Of a stretch of DNA of 57,132 bases, positions 1-9,965 are shown in pieces; within the stretch, counting starts at the first letter, position 1, and every line of letters starts with the position of its first letter. The notes beneath the pieces were generated by a model. It was not told the DNA's origin. It worked only from the letters and a program-made list of their open reading frames with translations, and searched no databases. Source of the DNA: Planctomycetota bacterium (GTDB taxonomy: Bacteria > Planctomycetota > PLA2 > JAEUHO01); the NCBI GenBank assembly GCA_050248855.1, contig JBFWRP010000029.1, positions 1-57,132 of the forward strand, written 5' to 3'. Both the position numbers and the translations under genes were made by a program.

Positions 1-2
1 GT

Positions 3-78
3 CGCACTTCGGTGTCTGACACCGTGCCACCGTCGCTTCGCTCCGAGGCACAGGTTCAGACACCTCCGCGCGCCTCGC
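3..78 (+). repeat. Palindromic REP/MITE-like module A (GGTGTCTGACACCGTGCC...GGCACAGGTTCAGACACC)
   Basis: Imperfect inverted repeat at 11-64. Near-identical direct copy at 56934-57010 and a partial copy at about 199-224. Confidence 0.85.
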
Positions 79-121
79 ATCTCAGGCTCTGGCCCCAAGC
101 GGAGCGCAGGGTTCGTCGTTC

Positions 122-203
122 CGCGCTCACGCGCGGACTCGGTGCTCCGGCTTCGCCTGCGCAGCAGGAGGGCTGTTCCGCACCCCCCCTGCACCTCTCA
201 CGG
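122..203. repeat. Repeat module B, inverted relative to the copy at the window end
   Basis: Reverse complement matches 57051-57132 with 7 mismatches in 82 nt by manual alignment. Confidence 0.85.
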
Positions 204-206
204 GGT

Positions 207-1424
207 TCAGACACCTCCGCGCGCCGGTGCGAACACGGCGGGCGCGGCGGCGCCGCCAAGCGCTTGCGCCGCCACGGCTTCGCCGAGGCCCAGGCCCCAG
301 CCCATGCCGTGACCCATGAGGCCCGCGAGCAGGTACAGGTTCTCCGCGCCCGGCCAGGCGCCCGCCAGCGGAAGTCCGTCGGGTGTGAACGCCATGATGC
401 CGGCCCAGCGGGCGATCACCTTGCGTCGCTGCGCATTGGGAAACCACCTCGCAAGCAAGCGCTCGAGCGCGCGCTGCACCGTCGCGCCAGGCGCCTCGTC
501 GCTCGTGCGCTCCCCGTCGCCGCCTTCGTCGCGCTGGCCGCCGAGCAGGACCGTGCCCGTGGGAAGCACCCGCAGGTAGTCGTGCCCCCCGCGCGCGTAG
601 ACGGGACGCGGCGCGCGCGGCGTGGGCCTCATGCGTGCGGCCAGCATCTGCGCACGCCACGCCGTGAGCGGGAGCGGCAGGGCACCCTCCGGAGCAAGCC
701 GACCCGAAGCGTGCGACGCGGTCACCACCACGACCATGGGCTCGAGGACCTGCTCGCCCACGACCACGCGCCAGCGGCGCCCGTCGCGCACGGGCTGGCC
801 CGGCTCGGCTTCCTCGCAGAGTGCGGCGCCCGCCGTGCGCGCCTCCGCCACGAGGGCGTCCAGCAGGTGCAACGGCTCGACGGCCCCGTCGCCCTCGTCC
901 ACCAGCCCGCCGAGCCACGGGCCCCCGCGCCAGGGCGCCGGCAGGCGATCTGCCGGCAGCCACGTGAGGCCCAGCTCGTCGGCCGTGGCCTCGAGGTCGC
1001 CGGCTTCGTCGGGGTCGGAGGCCAACCGCAGGCTGCCCGAGGGCACCCAGCCGATGTCGTGGCGGCGCGCCAGGTCCCGGACGCCTTCGCGCGTGGCGAG
1101 CCCGACCGCACGCAGCGCGTCGGCCACCTCGCGCCCGTGGGTCGTCACGACCCGCGCGTACGGATCGGCGCCGTCGGCCAGGATGAAGCCCGCGTTGCGG
1201 CCCGTGGCGCCCTCGCCGGCCCGCCGGCGCTCCACCCAGGCCACGCTGGCTCCGGTCCGCGCGGCGGACCGGGCCACGGCCGCCCCGGCGATGCCGGCCC
1301 CGATCACCAACACGTCGGGCCGCGTCGGCAGGGGATCGCGCCACGCGGCGCGCTCGCGGCGCCGCTCGAGCCACCAGGAGCTGGCCGGCGCGGCGTCGGG
1401 GGCGGGATCGACGGGCTCGGAAAC
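207..1424 (-). CDS. FAD-dependent oxidoreductase (DAO/PuuB-like)
   Basis: VLVIGAGIAG Rossmann motif, GATGRNAG, WAGIMAFTPDGLP, GxxGHGMG. Start uncertain: an in-frame GTT at 1424 follows GGAGG. The stop lies within the repeat. Confidence 0.85.
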   Translation of the reverse strand, partial: VSEPVDPAPDAAPASSWWLERRRERAAWRDPLPTRPDVLVIGAGIAGAAVARSAARTGASVAWVERRRAGEGATGRNAGFILADGADPYARVVTTHGREVADALRAVGLATREGVRDLARRHDIGWVPSGSLRLASDPDEAGDLEATADELGLTWLPADRLPAPWRGGPWLGGLVDEGDGAVEPLHLLDALVAEARTAGAALCEEAEPGQPVRDGRRWRVVVGEQVLEPMVVVVTASHASGRLAPEGALPLPLTAWRAQMLAARMRPTPRAPRPVYARGGHDYLRVLPTGTVLLGGQRDEGGDGERTSDEAPGATVQRALERLLARWFPNAQRRKVIARWAGIMAFTPDGLPLAGAWPGAENLYLLAGLMGHGMGWGLGLGEAVAAQALGGAAAPAVFAPARGGV

Positions 1425-1481
1425 GGCGCACCTCCGGGCCCGGAATCGTAGTCCGGAGGGCGGCGTACGCTGGGCCCCCCG

Positions 1482-3050
1482 ATGGCCGACGCCCGCACCC
1501 GTCCCGACGACCCTCCCCCGCTGCGCGTCGTCCGTGGCGAGCTCGAGCTGGCGCTTCGCGTTACCGACCCGGATGTCGTGGCCGAGCTCGAGTCCGTGCC
1601 CGAAGGCTCCGCCCGCCAGGCCCACGCGCTGAAGGCCTTGCGCATCGGCGTGGTCGCGCTGCAGGGCGCGCGGGGCCAAGTCGATGCCGCGGTCATCCGC
1701 AAGGAGGGCGACCGGCTCGTGTCCGAGCTGCGCCGCTCGCTTGACGCCCACCGCGAGGGCCTGGGCGGGCGGCTCGAGACCACGCTCAAGGAGTGGTTCG
1801 ACCCGCAGAGCGGCAAGCTGCACGAGCGCCTCCGCGGCCTCGTCAAGAAGGACGGCGAGCTCGAGGCCGTCCTCCAGCGAGCCGTGGGCACCGATGGGAG
1901 TGCGCTCGTCGCCACGTTGCGCACGCACGTGGGCCCCGAGAGCCCGCTCATGAAGGTGCTGAGCCCGTCGCAGAGCGAGGGCCTTCTCCAGTCCCTTGGC
2001 CACGCCGTCGAGAAGCAGCTGACCATCCAGCGCGACCACATCCTCCAGCAGTTCAGCCTCGACCGCAGCGACAGCGCCCTGTCGCGGCTGGTGCAGGAGC
2101 TCGAGAAGAAGCACGGCGACCTCACCACCGAGCTCAAGGGCCGCATCGACCACGTCGTGCGCGAGTTCTCGATGGATGAAGAGGGCAGCGCGCTCAAGCG
2201 CCTGGTCGACCGCGTCGACCAGGCCCAGAAGCGCATCACCCGCGAGTTCTCGCTCGACGAGGACGCCTCCGCCCTGGGCAACCTGCGCAAGCAGCTGCTC
2301 GACGTACTGCACGAGCACGAGAGGCGCAACGTCGCCTTCCAGCAGATGGTCGTCGAGAAGCTGGCCCACATGCAGGGCACCAAGGAGGAGGAGCAACGCA
2401 GCACGCGCCACGGTCTCACCTTCGAGCAGGCCCTGTTCGAGCGCGTCCAGGCTTACGCCCAAGGGGCGGGCGACATGGCCGCGTTCACGGGCAACGAGAC
2501 CGGCTTGGTCCGCAACGACAAGAAGGGCGACGTCGTGCTCCACCTCGGGCCCGATACCGTGGCGGCGGGCGCACGCATCGTGCTCGAAGCCAAGCAAGAC
2601 CAGTCCTACTCCATGCGCCATGCCGCCGAGGAGATCGCCGCGGCCCGCAAGAACCGCGGCGCCGAGGTGGGCGTGTTCGTCTTCTCCCGTCGCTCCGCCC
2701 CCGATGGCCTCAAGGTCCTCCAGCGCATGGGCACCGACGTGTTCGTGGTGTGGGACGCCGAGGACGAGGCCAGCGACACGGCGCTCGAGGCCGCCCTGCT
2801 GCTGGCCAAGGCGCTCGTCACGCGTGCCGCCGCCGAGAAGGACGAGGAGGTCGTCGATCCCGAGCGCTTCGAGCGCGCCATCCTCGACATCGAGAAGCAC
2901 GCCACGAGCCTGGACGACGTCACCAAGGCCGCCGAGACCATCCGCAACGGTGCCGACCGCATCCTCGACCGCGTGCGCATCGACCAAGCCGCCTTCCGCC
3001 GTCAAGTCGAGGAGCTGCGCCGCCTGCTCGACGCGCTGCGCGATGCCTGA
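1482..3050 (+). CDS. Coiled-coil protein with C-terminal PD-(D/E)XK-like (RmuC-like) domain
   Basis: Long charged helical region with FS(L/M)D..SAL..L repeats, then GxxFE...KGD...LEAK. Confidence 0.65.
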   Translation: MADARTRPDDPPPLRVVRGELELALRVTDPDVVAELESVPEGSARQAHALKALRIGVVALQGARGQVDAAVIRKEGDRLVSELRRSLDAHREGLGGRLETTLKEWFDPQSGKLHERLRGLVKKDGELEAVLQRAVGTDGSALVATLRTHVGPESPLMKVLSPSQSEGLLQSLGHAVEKQLTIQRDHILQQFSLDRSDSALSRLVQELEKKHGDLTTELKGRIDHVVREFSMDEEGSALKRLVDRVDQAQKRITREFSLDEDASALGNLRKQLLDVLHEHERRNVAFQQMVVEKLAHMQGTKEEEQRSTRHGLTFEQALFERVQAYAQGAGDMAAFTGNETGLVRNDKKGDVVLHLGPDTVAAGARIVLEAKQDQSYSMRHAAEEIAAARKNRGAEVGVFVFSRRSAPDGLKVLQRMGTDVFVVWDAEDEASDTALEAALLLAKALVTRAAAEKDEEVVDPERFERAILDIEKHATSLDDVTKAAETIRNGADRILDRVRIDQAAFRRQVEELRRLLDALRDA

Positions 3051-3086
3051 TCGTCGTCGCAGCCGCCGCCGAGGCGCCCGGGTGGA

Positions 3087-6000
3087 TCAGCCCAGGAGCA
3101 GCTCGAGGTCTTCCGTCGAGATGCCCCGCAGGGGCGCGTTGGCGACGCCGCCGAGGAGGGCGCTGACCAGGGCGCGCTTGCGGACCTGCAGCTCGAGGAC
3201 CTTGTCTTCGACAGTGTCTTCGCCGATCAGCCGGTAGACCATCACCTTGCGCGTCTGGCCGATGCGGTGCGCGCGATCCACGGCCTGGGCCTCGACAGCC
3301 GGGTTCCACCACGGATCGAGCAGGAACACGTAGTCGGCCGCCGTCAGGTTGAGGCCCGTGCCGCCGGCCTTCAAGCTGATGAGGAAGGCCGAGATGCCAG
3401 CGTCCTCCTGGAACCGGCGGATCTTGTCCGCCCGCTTGCGGGTGCGGCCGTCGAGGTACTCGTAGGCGATCTTGCGCTGGTCCAGCTGCTCGCGGACGAG
3501 GGCGAGGAAGCTCGTGAACTGGCTGAACACCAGGGCCTTGTGCCCGGCCTCGGCGATCTCTTCCAGCTGGGGCAGCAGCATGTCGAGCTTGGCGCTGGGC
3601 GTGTCCCGGTGCTTGGCGTCGAGCAGGGCCAAGTGGCAGGCCCCCTGGCGCAGGCGCAGCAAGGCCTCGAGCACGTGGATCTTGGAGCGCGCCAGGCCCA
3701 CGTCGGCCACGCGGGCGAGCAGCTTGGCGCGGTAGTGCTCGCGAAGCTCTTCGTAGGCCTTGCGCTGGGCCTTGGGCAGGGTGCAGCGCACGACCTGTTC
3801 GCTCTTCTCGGGCAGATCGGCCAGGACCTGGTCTTTCGTGCGGCGCAGCACGATGGGGCGGATGGCCCGCTGGAGGATGTCCAGGCCTTCGGCGTCGGGC
3901 GCGGCCCCTCCGAACACGCGATCGAGCTGCTGGGCGCCGCCGAGCAGGCCGGGATTGAGGAACTGCATGAGCGAGTGGAGGTCGCCCAGGTGGTTCTCGA
4001 CGGGCGTTCCCGTGAGGGCCAGGCGATGGTCGGCCTGCAGGCCGCGGGCGGCAGCGGCCGTTCGGGACGTGGCGTTCTTGATGGCTTGTGCCTCGTCCAG
4101 GATGACGTGGTCGAAGCGGTGTGCGGCAAGCTCGTCCGCATCGCGCCGCAGCGTGCCGTACGTCGTGATGATCACGTCGTGGGCGTCCAGGTCGCCCAGG
4201 ACGTCGGCGCGTCCCGCGCCGTGGTAGACGGCCGTCTTCAGGTCCGGTGCGAACTGGTGGGCTTGGTCCACCCAGCCCGAGACCACGGAGAGGGGTGCCA
4301 CGACGAGCGAAGGCGGGGGCCGCTTGCGCTTCGCAGTACGCCGCCCGTGCAGGTGCGCCAGGACCTGGACGGTCTTGCCAAGCCCCATGTCGTCGGCCAG
4401 GCAGCCACCCAGTCCCGCTCGCTCCAGGAAGGCGAGCCAGCCAAGGCCCTCGCACTGGTAGGGCCTGAGCGTGGCCCGGAATCCCTCCGGCGCATCGCGT
4501 GGCTCCGGGGCCGCCGCCTGCTTCCACGCCTTCACCCGGTCGCCGAAGGCAACATCGGCCGAGAGGTCGGCGACGCCGGAGGCCAAGGCGTCCAGGAGCG
4601 GCGCTTGGACGGCGGCGATGCGACCTTCGGCGCCCTGGGCGAGGCCCGCCAGCGCACGCAGTCGTGCCCGCCACGCCGCCGGCAGGAGCGCGGCGGTTCC
4701 GTCGGGCAGCGTGAGCACCGAGCGGCCCGTCGCGACGGCTTCCAGCAGCGCGGGGAGCGCGAGCGCGTGTTCGTCGTAGTGGGCGTGTCCCTCGATGTCG
4801 AACCAGTCCGTGCCGCTCTGCTTGGCACGCAGGGCCAGACGGCCTCCCGTGCGCACGGCGTGGTCGCCGATCGTCACGCGCCACCCGGCGAGCGTGAGCC
4901 CTTCCAGGCGCGTCTCGGCCTCCTCGAGCGGCAGATCCCAGGGCCACTCCGTCCAGTCCGGCGCCACGAGACGCACACCGGCCGCGCGGCTGGCCTCGAG
5001 AAGCTGCTCCTCGGCGGCGGCATCGCGTCGCAGCAGGCACTTGCCGTCGGCGGAAGCCACGAGGGCAGGTCCGCCGTCCAGCGGAACCCGCACGCCCTCG
5101 TAGGACCACGCCAAGCGGCAACCGCTCGGCCGAGGGCCCGATGCCGCAAGCTCCAGCAGGCCGACGGGCTTCGCGTCGACGCACGCGATGGACGACTCCG
5201 TGAGCGGCGGTGCATCCACCTGCTGCGCGATCGCCACGGCCACTTCCCCGCGCTCCGCGGCAGGGACGGTCACCTCACGACCCAGTCCCAGGGCCTGGAC
5301 CCAGCGCGCGTGGCTCCGCGGTTCGAGCCAACACAGCTCGTCCTCGAAAACGAGCAGCCCGTCGGGGGTCACCGCGCGCAGGTCGCGGGCCGAGCGTTCC
5401 TGGCCCTCGGCATTGGCCAGGCGCATGTCCAGGGTGTAGCGCGCATCGCCGTCGTCGGCCGACGAGGCGGACGGCTCGAGCGCCATGCGTGCGGTGCGCG
5501 GAGAAGCAAGGCGTGGTGCAGGCGCCTCCAGCTCGTCCTGCTCGCCCACGTGGAGCCAGCCGCCCTCCGCCAGCCGCAGCAACACCATCGAGCACCAGGC
5601 CGCACCGACGGCCAGGTCCTTCGAGCGCCCACGCCAGGTGGGTGCCGCCTCCCTGATGCCCTCGACCAGAGGGGTGAGGAGCGGTCCGAGCTCGCCGCGC
5701 GCCAGCGCCCGGTGGGGATCGGCCTGCCTCCATGCCCCATGGCGGCCCGACTTGAGGGGTTTGGAGCTCCAGAGCGTCAGCGAGGCGGTACCGGGCGGGA
5801 GGTGGGGGTCGGCGCGCAGCAGGACGCGCCAGCGCGTGGGGATCGCAGGCGCCGGGGGCCCGGCGCCGGGGTCGCCGAGCAGGGGCCGCAAGCGATGGCG
5901 CCAGGAGCTCGAGCGACCGCCGAGCTTGTTGACGATCTTGCGCAGATCCCCGAGCGAGGCCTCCACGGCACGGGGGTCGTAGAAGTCCTCGGCCTCGATG

Positions 6001-6245
6001 AGAGCCGCCCAGGCATGAGCGCAGATGGTGTTCGCGCCCGACTCCCGGCAATCGCACCCGGCCCGCAGTCCGTGCGACGAGTTCTGCCACAGGACGTGAT
6101 GGACCCGCCTGTCGCCGACGACGGCGTGCAGCCCCTCGGGCGTGGGGTCCACGTCGAAGACTGCGCCCTGGTCCATGAGCTCGGCGCCGCGTTGGAACGC
6201 GGGCAGCTCGGAGAACAGGGCAAGGAGGTCGGAGAGCGCCGTCAC
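3087..6245 (-). CDS. SNF2-family helicase/ATPase with N-terminal SWIM zinc finger
   Basis: CDC...CAH, LRPYQ, LADDMGLGKT, DEAQAIKN, LTGTPVEN, SLKAGGTGLNLT, QAVDRAHRIGQ. GTG start chosen at 6245. Confidence 0.95.
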   Translation of the reverse strand: MTALSDLLALFSELPAFQRGAELMDQGAVFDVDPTPEGLHAVVGDRRVHHVLWQNSSHGLRAGCDCRESGANTICAHAWAALIEAEDFYDPRAVEASLGDLRKIVNKLGGRSSSWRHRLRPLLGDPGAGPPAPAIPTRWRVLLRADPHLPPGTASLTLWSSKPLKSGRHGAWRQADPHRALARGELGPLLTPLVEGIREAAPTWRGRSKDLAVGAAWCSMVLLRLAEGGWLHVGEQDELEAPAPRLASPRTARMALEPSASSADDGDARYTLDMRLANAEGQERSARDLRAVTPDGLLVFEDELCWLEPRSHARWVQALGLGREVTVPAAERGEVAVAIAQQVDAPPLTESSIACVDAKPVGLLELAASGPRPSGCRLAWSYEGVRVPLDGGPALVASADGKCLLRRDAAAEEQLLEASRAAGVRLVAPDWTEWPWDLPLEEAETRLEGLTLAGWRVTIGDHAVRTGGRLALRAKQSGTDWFDIEGHAHYDEHALALPALLEAVATGRSVLTLPDGTAALLPAAWRARLRALAGLAQGAEGRIAAVQAPLLDALASGVADLSADVAFGDRVKAWKQAAAPEPRDAPEGFRATLRPYQCEGLGWLAFLERAGLGGCLADDMGLGKTVQVLAHLHGRRTAKRKRPPPSLVVAPLSVVSGWVDQAHQFAPDLKTAVYHGAGRADVLGDLDAHDVIITTYGTLRRDADELAAHRFDHVILDEAQAIKNATSRTAAAARGLQADHRLALTGTPVENHLGDLHSLMQFLNPGLLGGAQQLDRVFGGAAPDAEGLDILQRAIRPIVLRRTKDQVLADLPEKSEQVVRCTLPKAQRKAYEELREHYRAKLLARVADVGLARSKIHVLEALLRLRQGACHLALLDAKHRDTPSAKLDMLLPQLEEIAEAGHKALVFSQFTSFLALVREQLDQRKIAYEYLDGRTRKRADKIRRFQEDAGISAFLISLKAGGTGLNLTAADYVFLLDPWWNPAVEAQAVDRAHRIGQTRKVMVYRLIGEDTVEDKVLELQVRKRALVSALLGGVANAPLRGISTEDLELLLG

Positions 6246-6364
6246 GGGGCGCGCGAGCGTAGCCGATCCAGCCCCCGCCGCGGCAAGGTCGACCACCCCC
6301 AAGCAAGGCGCCGCGGCCCCGTGGGGGGCCGCGGCGCAGGACGCCCGCTTCGAGGCGCGTCTCG

Positions 6365-7495
6365 TCAGGGCAGCATGACGACCGGCGGGGAATCGACCAG
6401 CAGGATCTCGATCACCCGTTCGTAGAGCACGCGCGGGTCCCAGAGGGCCAGGTCGGGCTCCTGGCCGGTCTGGATGTTGCGGGCGTCGAAGTAGGCGAAG
6501 AACAGGTCGTCGCCGTCCTGGCCGGCAAAGCCGAACAGCACGTTGCGGTGCAGGTCCGCCGCGTAGATCTCGGTCCACGGCTCGACGATCTCGGCGTCGG
6601 GGATGGCGCCGTTCGTCAGGCTGGCCGGATCGTGGAAGATGCTCATGCCCTTGTCTTCGTAGCGGCTCGGCACGAAGAGACGGTCGTTCGTGATGAGCGG
6701 CCTACGCGGCCCATCCACGTCCGACGGGCCGCCCAGCACGACGTCCGGCGGGGCGCCGTCGTAGGCCAGCGAGGCGTTGCGGAACAGGTAGACCGCATTG
6801 TCGCGGTTGGCCACGTAGAGCGTCCCGTCCTGGACCGCCACGCGGATCGGCTGGCGCAGGAGCGAGCCGGTCAGATCCAGCACGACGTCGGGCCCGACCG
6901 TTCCGGACAAGCTCGCGGCTCCTGCCCAGATCGGCACGGTGTCCGAGTTGTAGCCGGCCACGAAGACCATGTCGTCGGCCACGCAGACGTCCTTCGGGTA
7001 CGACATGCTGCCCGTGAGCATCGCGTCCGGCGAGGCCCCGGAGCCGATCGTCTCCGCACCGCGCCACACGTACACCGCGTGGCTCCCTTGGCTGACCGCG
7101 TAGAGGTCGCCGTCGTGCTCGAAGAGGCGGTTGGGCTGGGAGATCGAGAGCGATCCATCGTAGGAGTCGCCGGAGACGAGCCCCCCGTAGTCGTCGAAGA
7201 AGATGATCCGCGAGCTGTCATAGCAGCTGACGAACAGCCGGTTGCCGACCCGCGCGACTCCCGTCGGCCTGTCGACACCCGACGCCGACGTCAGGGCGAC
7301 GTCGGCGACGTCCCCGTACGACTTGTGCAGCGCGTCGCGGAAGATCAAGACGGCGTCATCCCGCGTCGCGGCAATCGCATCGATGCGGGGCAGGGTCCGC
7401 TGACCCCCGCCGCCACTGCCACAGCTGATCAAGAACGGAAGCGTTGCCGCGGACAAGGCCGCCAACGCCAAGAAGGAAACGACGCCGCGCTTCAT
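6365..7495 (-). CDS. Lipoprotein with NHL-like beta-propeller repeats
   Basis: Signal peptide with lipobox LISC. Repeated PD(V/A)xL and 'PxxV...LYVA' units. GGAG RBS. Confidence 0.7.
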   Translation of the reverse strand: MKRGVVSFLALAALSAATLPFLISCGSGGGGQRTLPRIDAIAATRDDAVLIFRDALHKSYGDVADVALTSASGVDRPTGVARVGNRLFVSCYDSSRIIFFDDYGGLVSGDSYDGSLSISQPNRLFEHDGDLYAVSQGSHAVYVWRGAETIGSGASPDAMLTGSMSYPKDVCVADDMVFVAGYNSDTVPIWAGAASLSGTVGPDVVLDLTGSLLRQPIRVAVQDGTLYVANRDNAVYLFRNASLAYDGAPPDVVLGGPSDVDGPRRPLITNDRLFVPSRYEDKGMSIFHDPASLTNGAIPDAEIVEPWTEIYAADLHRNVLFGFAGQDGDDLFFAYFDARNIQTGQEPDLALWDPRVLYERVIEILLVDSPPVVMLP

Positions 7496-7536
7496 GATCC
7501 GTACTCCCAGCAGCCCGAGTGCCGCTCCCGGGTGGG

Positions 7537-7552
7537 AGCACTGCGCATGCCA
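7537..7552 (-). promoter_or_regulatory. Putative sigma54 -24/-12 promoter
   Basis: TGGCATGCGCAGTGCT on the minus strand, with exact GG-N10-GC spacing, about 40 nt upstream of the ATG at 7495. Confidence 0.55.
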
Positions 7553-7698
7553 GGGCAAGAGCGGGCTGGGGCGGCCGATCTTCCGCCTCGGCAACCAGAA
7601 CGCAGATCGGGAAGGTATCCATTCAATGCCAAGTCGGCGCGCCAGCTGGGGTCGCGCGAGCCTTGCAGGCACGTCGAACGCTTGCTTCCGACGTTCGA

Positions 7699-8742
7699 TC
7701 ACGCGCGACGGTCGTGGATCCAGGGGAAGGGCGTCGGGATGTGTCGTCGCTTGGACTGGGCCTCGGCTTGGCGCCGGTAGCGGGCAGGCATGTCGCAGAG
7801 CTCGTCTTGCAGGCGTGCGCCGTCGGGGCCCAGGTCCGTCAGGTGCCCGACGCCTGCCTCGTCCAGCAGCCCCTCGAGGTTGTCGGCGTAGTCGTGGAGC
7901 GAGTAGATGCCCAGGTGCGTGCCGACGGCGGAGAAGCGGCGAAACAGGGACACGTCGCCATCCTTGCCCATGAGTCGCGCGGGCATGGCGACGTGGCCGG
8001 CCACATGGCGCAGGGCCTCCAGCGCGCCGTCGGGGTCGCGCTCGAGCACGCCGAGGAGCACGCCGCGGTAGGCACGTTCGTGACGTGCTTCGTCGGCGGC
8101 GACCAGCCCGCACAGGCGGCGCAGGCGATCGGCACCGGCGCGGCGCACGACCCGCCCCAGCTGGTGCCACGACGTCTTGGTCGCGTGCTCCTGGATCGAG
8201 GCGTAGGCCAGACCCTTGTAGGGATCACCATCGGCGCCCGTGTCGAAGCCGTTGCGCAGCAGGTGCTGGATGGTCCGCTCGACCTCGCGCATCGCGACAC
8301 GCCCGCCCAGCAGCAGGTAGGCCCGCGTGACGTCGCCGTGGCGCTTCTCTTCCGCGGTCCAGGCCCGGCTCCAGCAGGCCCAGGCGTGGCGCTCCGTGCC
8401 CGTGGCATCCGTCATGCCGCCGAAACGGTTGAGCGCCGTCTGGTAGGAGGGCAGGGCCTCCTCGGTGACCACGTTGCCCACGAGGACGACCAGCATGTCG
8501 TCCTCCAGGCGGGCCGCCTCGGCCCGCAGCTCGTCGAGCTCCTCCCGCCACGTCGGGCCCCCGAAGTCGGGCAGGAAGTCCGACGGCTGCCAACAGGCCT
8601 CGACCTCGGGGAACGTGGCCAGCTGGTCTTCGACGGACGGCAAGACGTCCGCCATCACCCGCAGGCGCTCGGCATCCTGGCGCAGAAGCGGGTGCATGCG
8701 GAGGGTCTCCAGGCCGGCCAGCCGACCCGGCTCGAGAGCCAC
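7699..8742 (-). CDS. Soluble acyl-ACP desaturase (di-iron)
   Basis: WQPSDFLPD, TEEALPSY, WTAEEKRHGD, QExAT, DEARHE. Start may be the ATG at 8697. Confidence 0.92.
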   Translation of the reverse strand: MALEPGRLAGLETLRMHPLLRQDAERLRVMADVLPSVEDQLATFPEVEACWQPSDFLPDFGGPTWREELDELRAEAARLEDDMLVVLVGNVVTEEALPSYQTALNRFGGMTDATGTERHAWACWSRAWTAEEKRHGDVTRAYLLLGGRVAMREVERTIQHLLRNGFDTGADGDPYKGLAYASIQEHATKTSWHQLGRVVRRAGADRLRRLCGLVAADEARHERAYRGVLLGVLERDPDGALEALRHVAGHVAMPARLMGKDGDVSLFRRFSAVGTHLGIYSLHDYADNLEGLLDEAGVGHLTDLGPDGARLQDELCDMPARYRRQAEAQSKRRHIPTPFPWIHDRRA

Positions 8743-8933
8743 CGAGGAGACGAGGACGGGGTTCCACCGGAAGCGTAGGCCGGGGGAGGCCCCTTTGTCA
8801 TTTCTGTTCCCCGTTATCGGGGCGTTCGATGGAGATCCCGTGTGCGGGAGGATGATTCCGGCCCGACGCAGCGTATTGGCGCTCCCAATGCCAGTGGTGC
8901 GCGTAGCCTCCTCGGACTCCCGGCGGAATCTTC

Positions 8934-9947
8934 ATGCCTCGAACCACACTCTGCGACGCGCCCGCCCCGGTGGCGTCGGCCCCGCGAGGCCCCTTCACCG
9001 CGACCCGTCCCTTCACGCGGGGCAGCGCGCGCAAGGAGGCGTGGTACCTCGTGTCGACGTTCGCGGTCCTGGCCGCGTTCGCCACGCTCGCCGCCTTGCC
9101 CCTGCCGTGGCCGCTCCGGCTGCTGGGCTCGCTCGGCGCCGCCTTCACGATGGTGCGGGCGTTCATCCTGGTCCACGACCGGCATCACGGAGCCGCCTTC
9201 ACCGAGTCGCGCGTAGCCAAGATCGTGCTCGATGCCTATGGGCTCTTGATGCTGACGCCGCCCCGGCTGTGGCGCTCGACGCACAACTCCCACCATGCGC
9301 ACACGGCGCGTACGGACGGCGACCAGCGCGGCACCTACACGCTGTTCACGACCGAACAGTGGCGAAACGCGTCCAAGCGCCAGCGCTTCGCCTACCGTGC
9401 CGAGCACCACCCGCTGACCCTGCTGTTCGGGTACGTGACCGTGTTCCTGGTCAACTTCGGGTTCTGGCCCGTGCTGAGCAGGCCGCGCGCGTCCTGGGAC
9501 AGCTTGGCCTCGCTCGCGGTCCACGTCGGTGTGGGCACGCTGGCCTGGGTGCTCGGGGGACCCCAGGTCTTCGCGTTCGCGTTCCTGATCCCGTTCTTCG
9601 TGGCGGGCGCCAGCGGCGCCATCCTGTTCTACGTGCAGCACTACTTCGAAGAGTGCTACGTTCCCGACGAGGCCACCTGGACGCACACCGACGCCGCGCT
9701 CGGCGGATCGAGCCACGTGGCGTTCGGCCCGGTGGGAAGCTGGTTCACGGGCAACATCGGCCTGCACCACGTCCACCACCTCAATCCGAAGATCCCCTTC
9801 TACCGCCTCCCCGAGGCGCTCGCCGCCGTCCCCGCACTCCAGGCCTCGCGGCCGATCAAGCTCGGACCCCGGACCATCGTCCGCTGCCTGCGCCTCAAGC
9901 TCTGGGACGCCGACTCCGGCCGCTTGGTGGCCTACGCCGATGCCTAG
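8934..9947 (+). CDS. Membrane-bound fatty acid desaturase
   Basis: Three His boxes (HDRHH, HNSHH, HHVHH), LFYVQH, IPFYRL and transmembrane segments. Confidence 0.92.
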   Translation: MPRTTLCDAPAPVASAPRGPFTATRPFTRGSARKEAWYLVSTFAVLAAFATLAALPLPWPLRLLGSLGAAFTMVRAFILVHDRHHGAAFTESRVAKIVLDAYGLLMLTPPRLWRSTHNSHHAHTARTDGDQRGTYTLFTTEQWRNASKRQRFAYRAEHHPLTLLFGYVTVFLVNFGFWPVLSRPRASWDSLASLAVHVGVGTLAWVLGGPQVFAFAFLIPFFVAGASGAILFYVQHYFEECYVPDEATWTHTDAALGGSSHVAFGPVGSWFTGNIGLHHVHHLNPKIPFYRLPEALAAVPALQASRPIKLGPRTIVRCLRLKLWDADSGRLVAYADA

Positions 9948-9965
9948 GCGTAGGGTGTGCGCCCG

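Noticed and set aside
1482..6245. Anti-phage defence operon (nuclease + SNF2)
   Set aside because: The genes are convergent and there is no methylase or other defence gene. SWIM-SNF2 is a common chromosomal gene.
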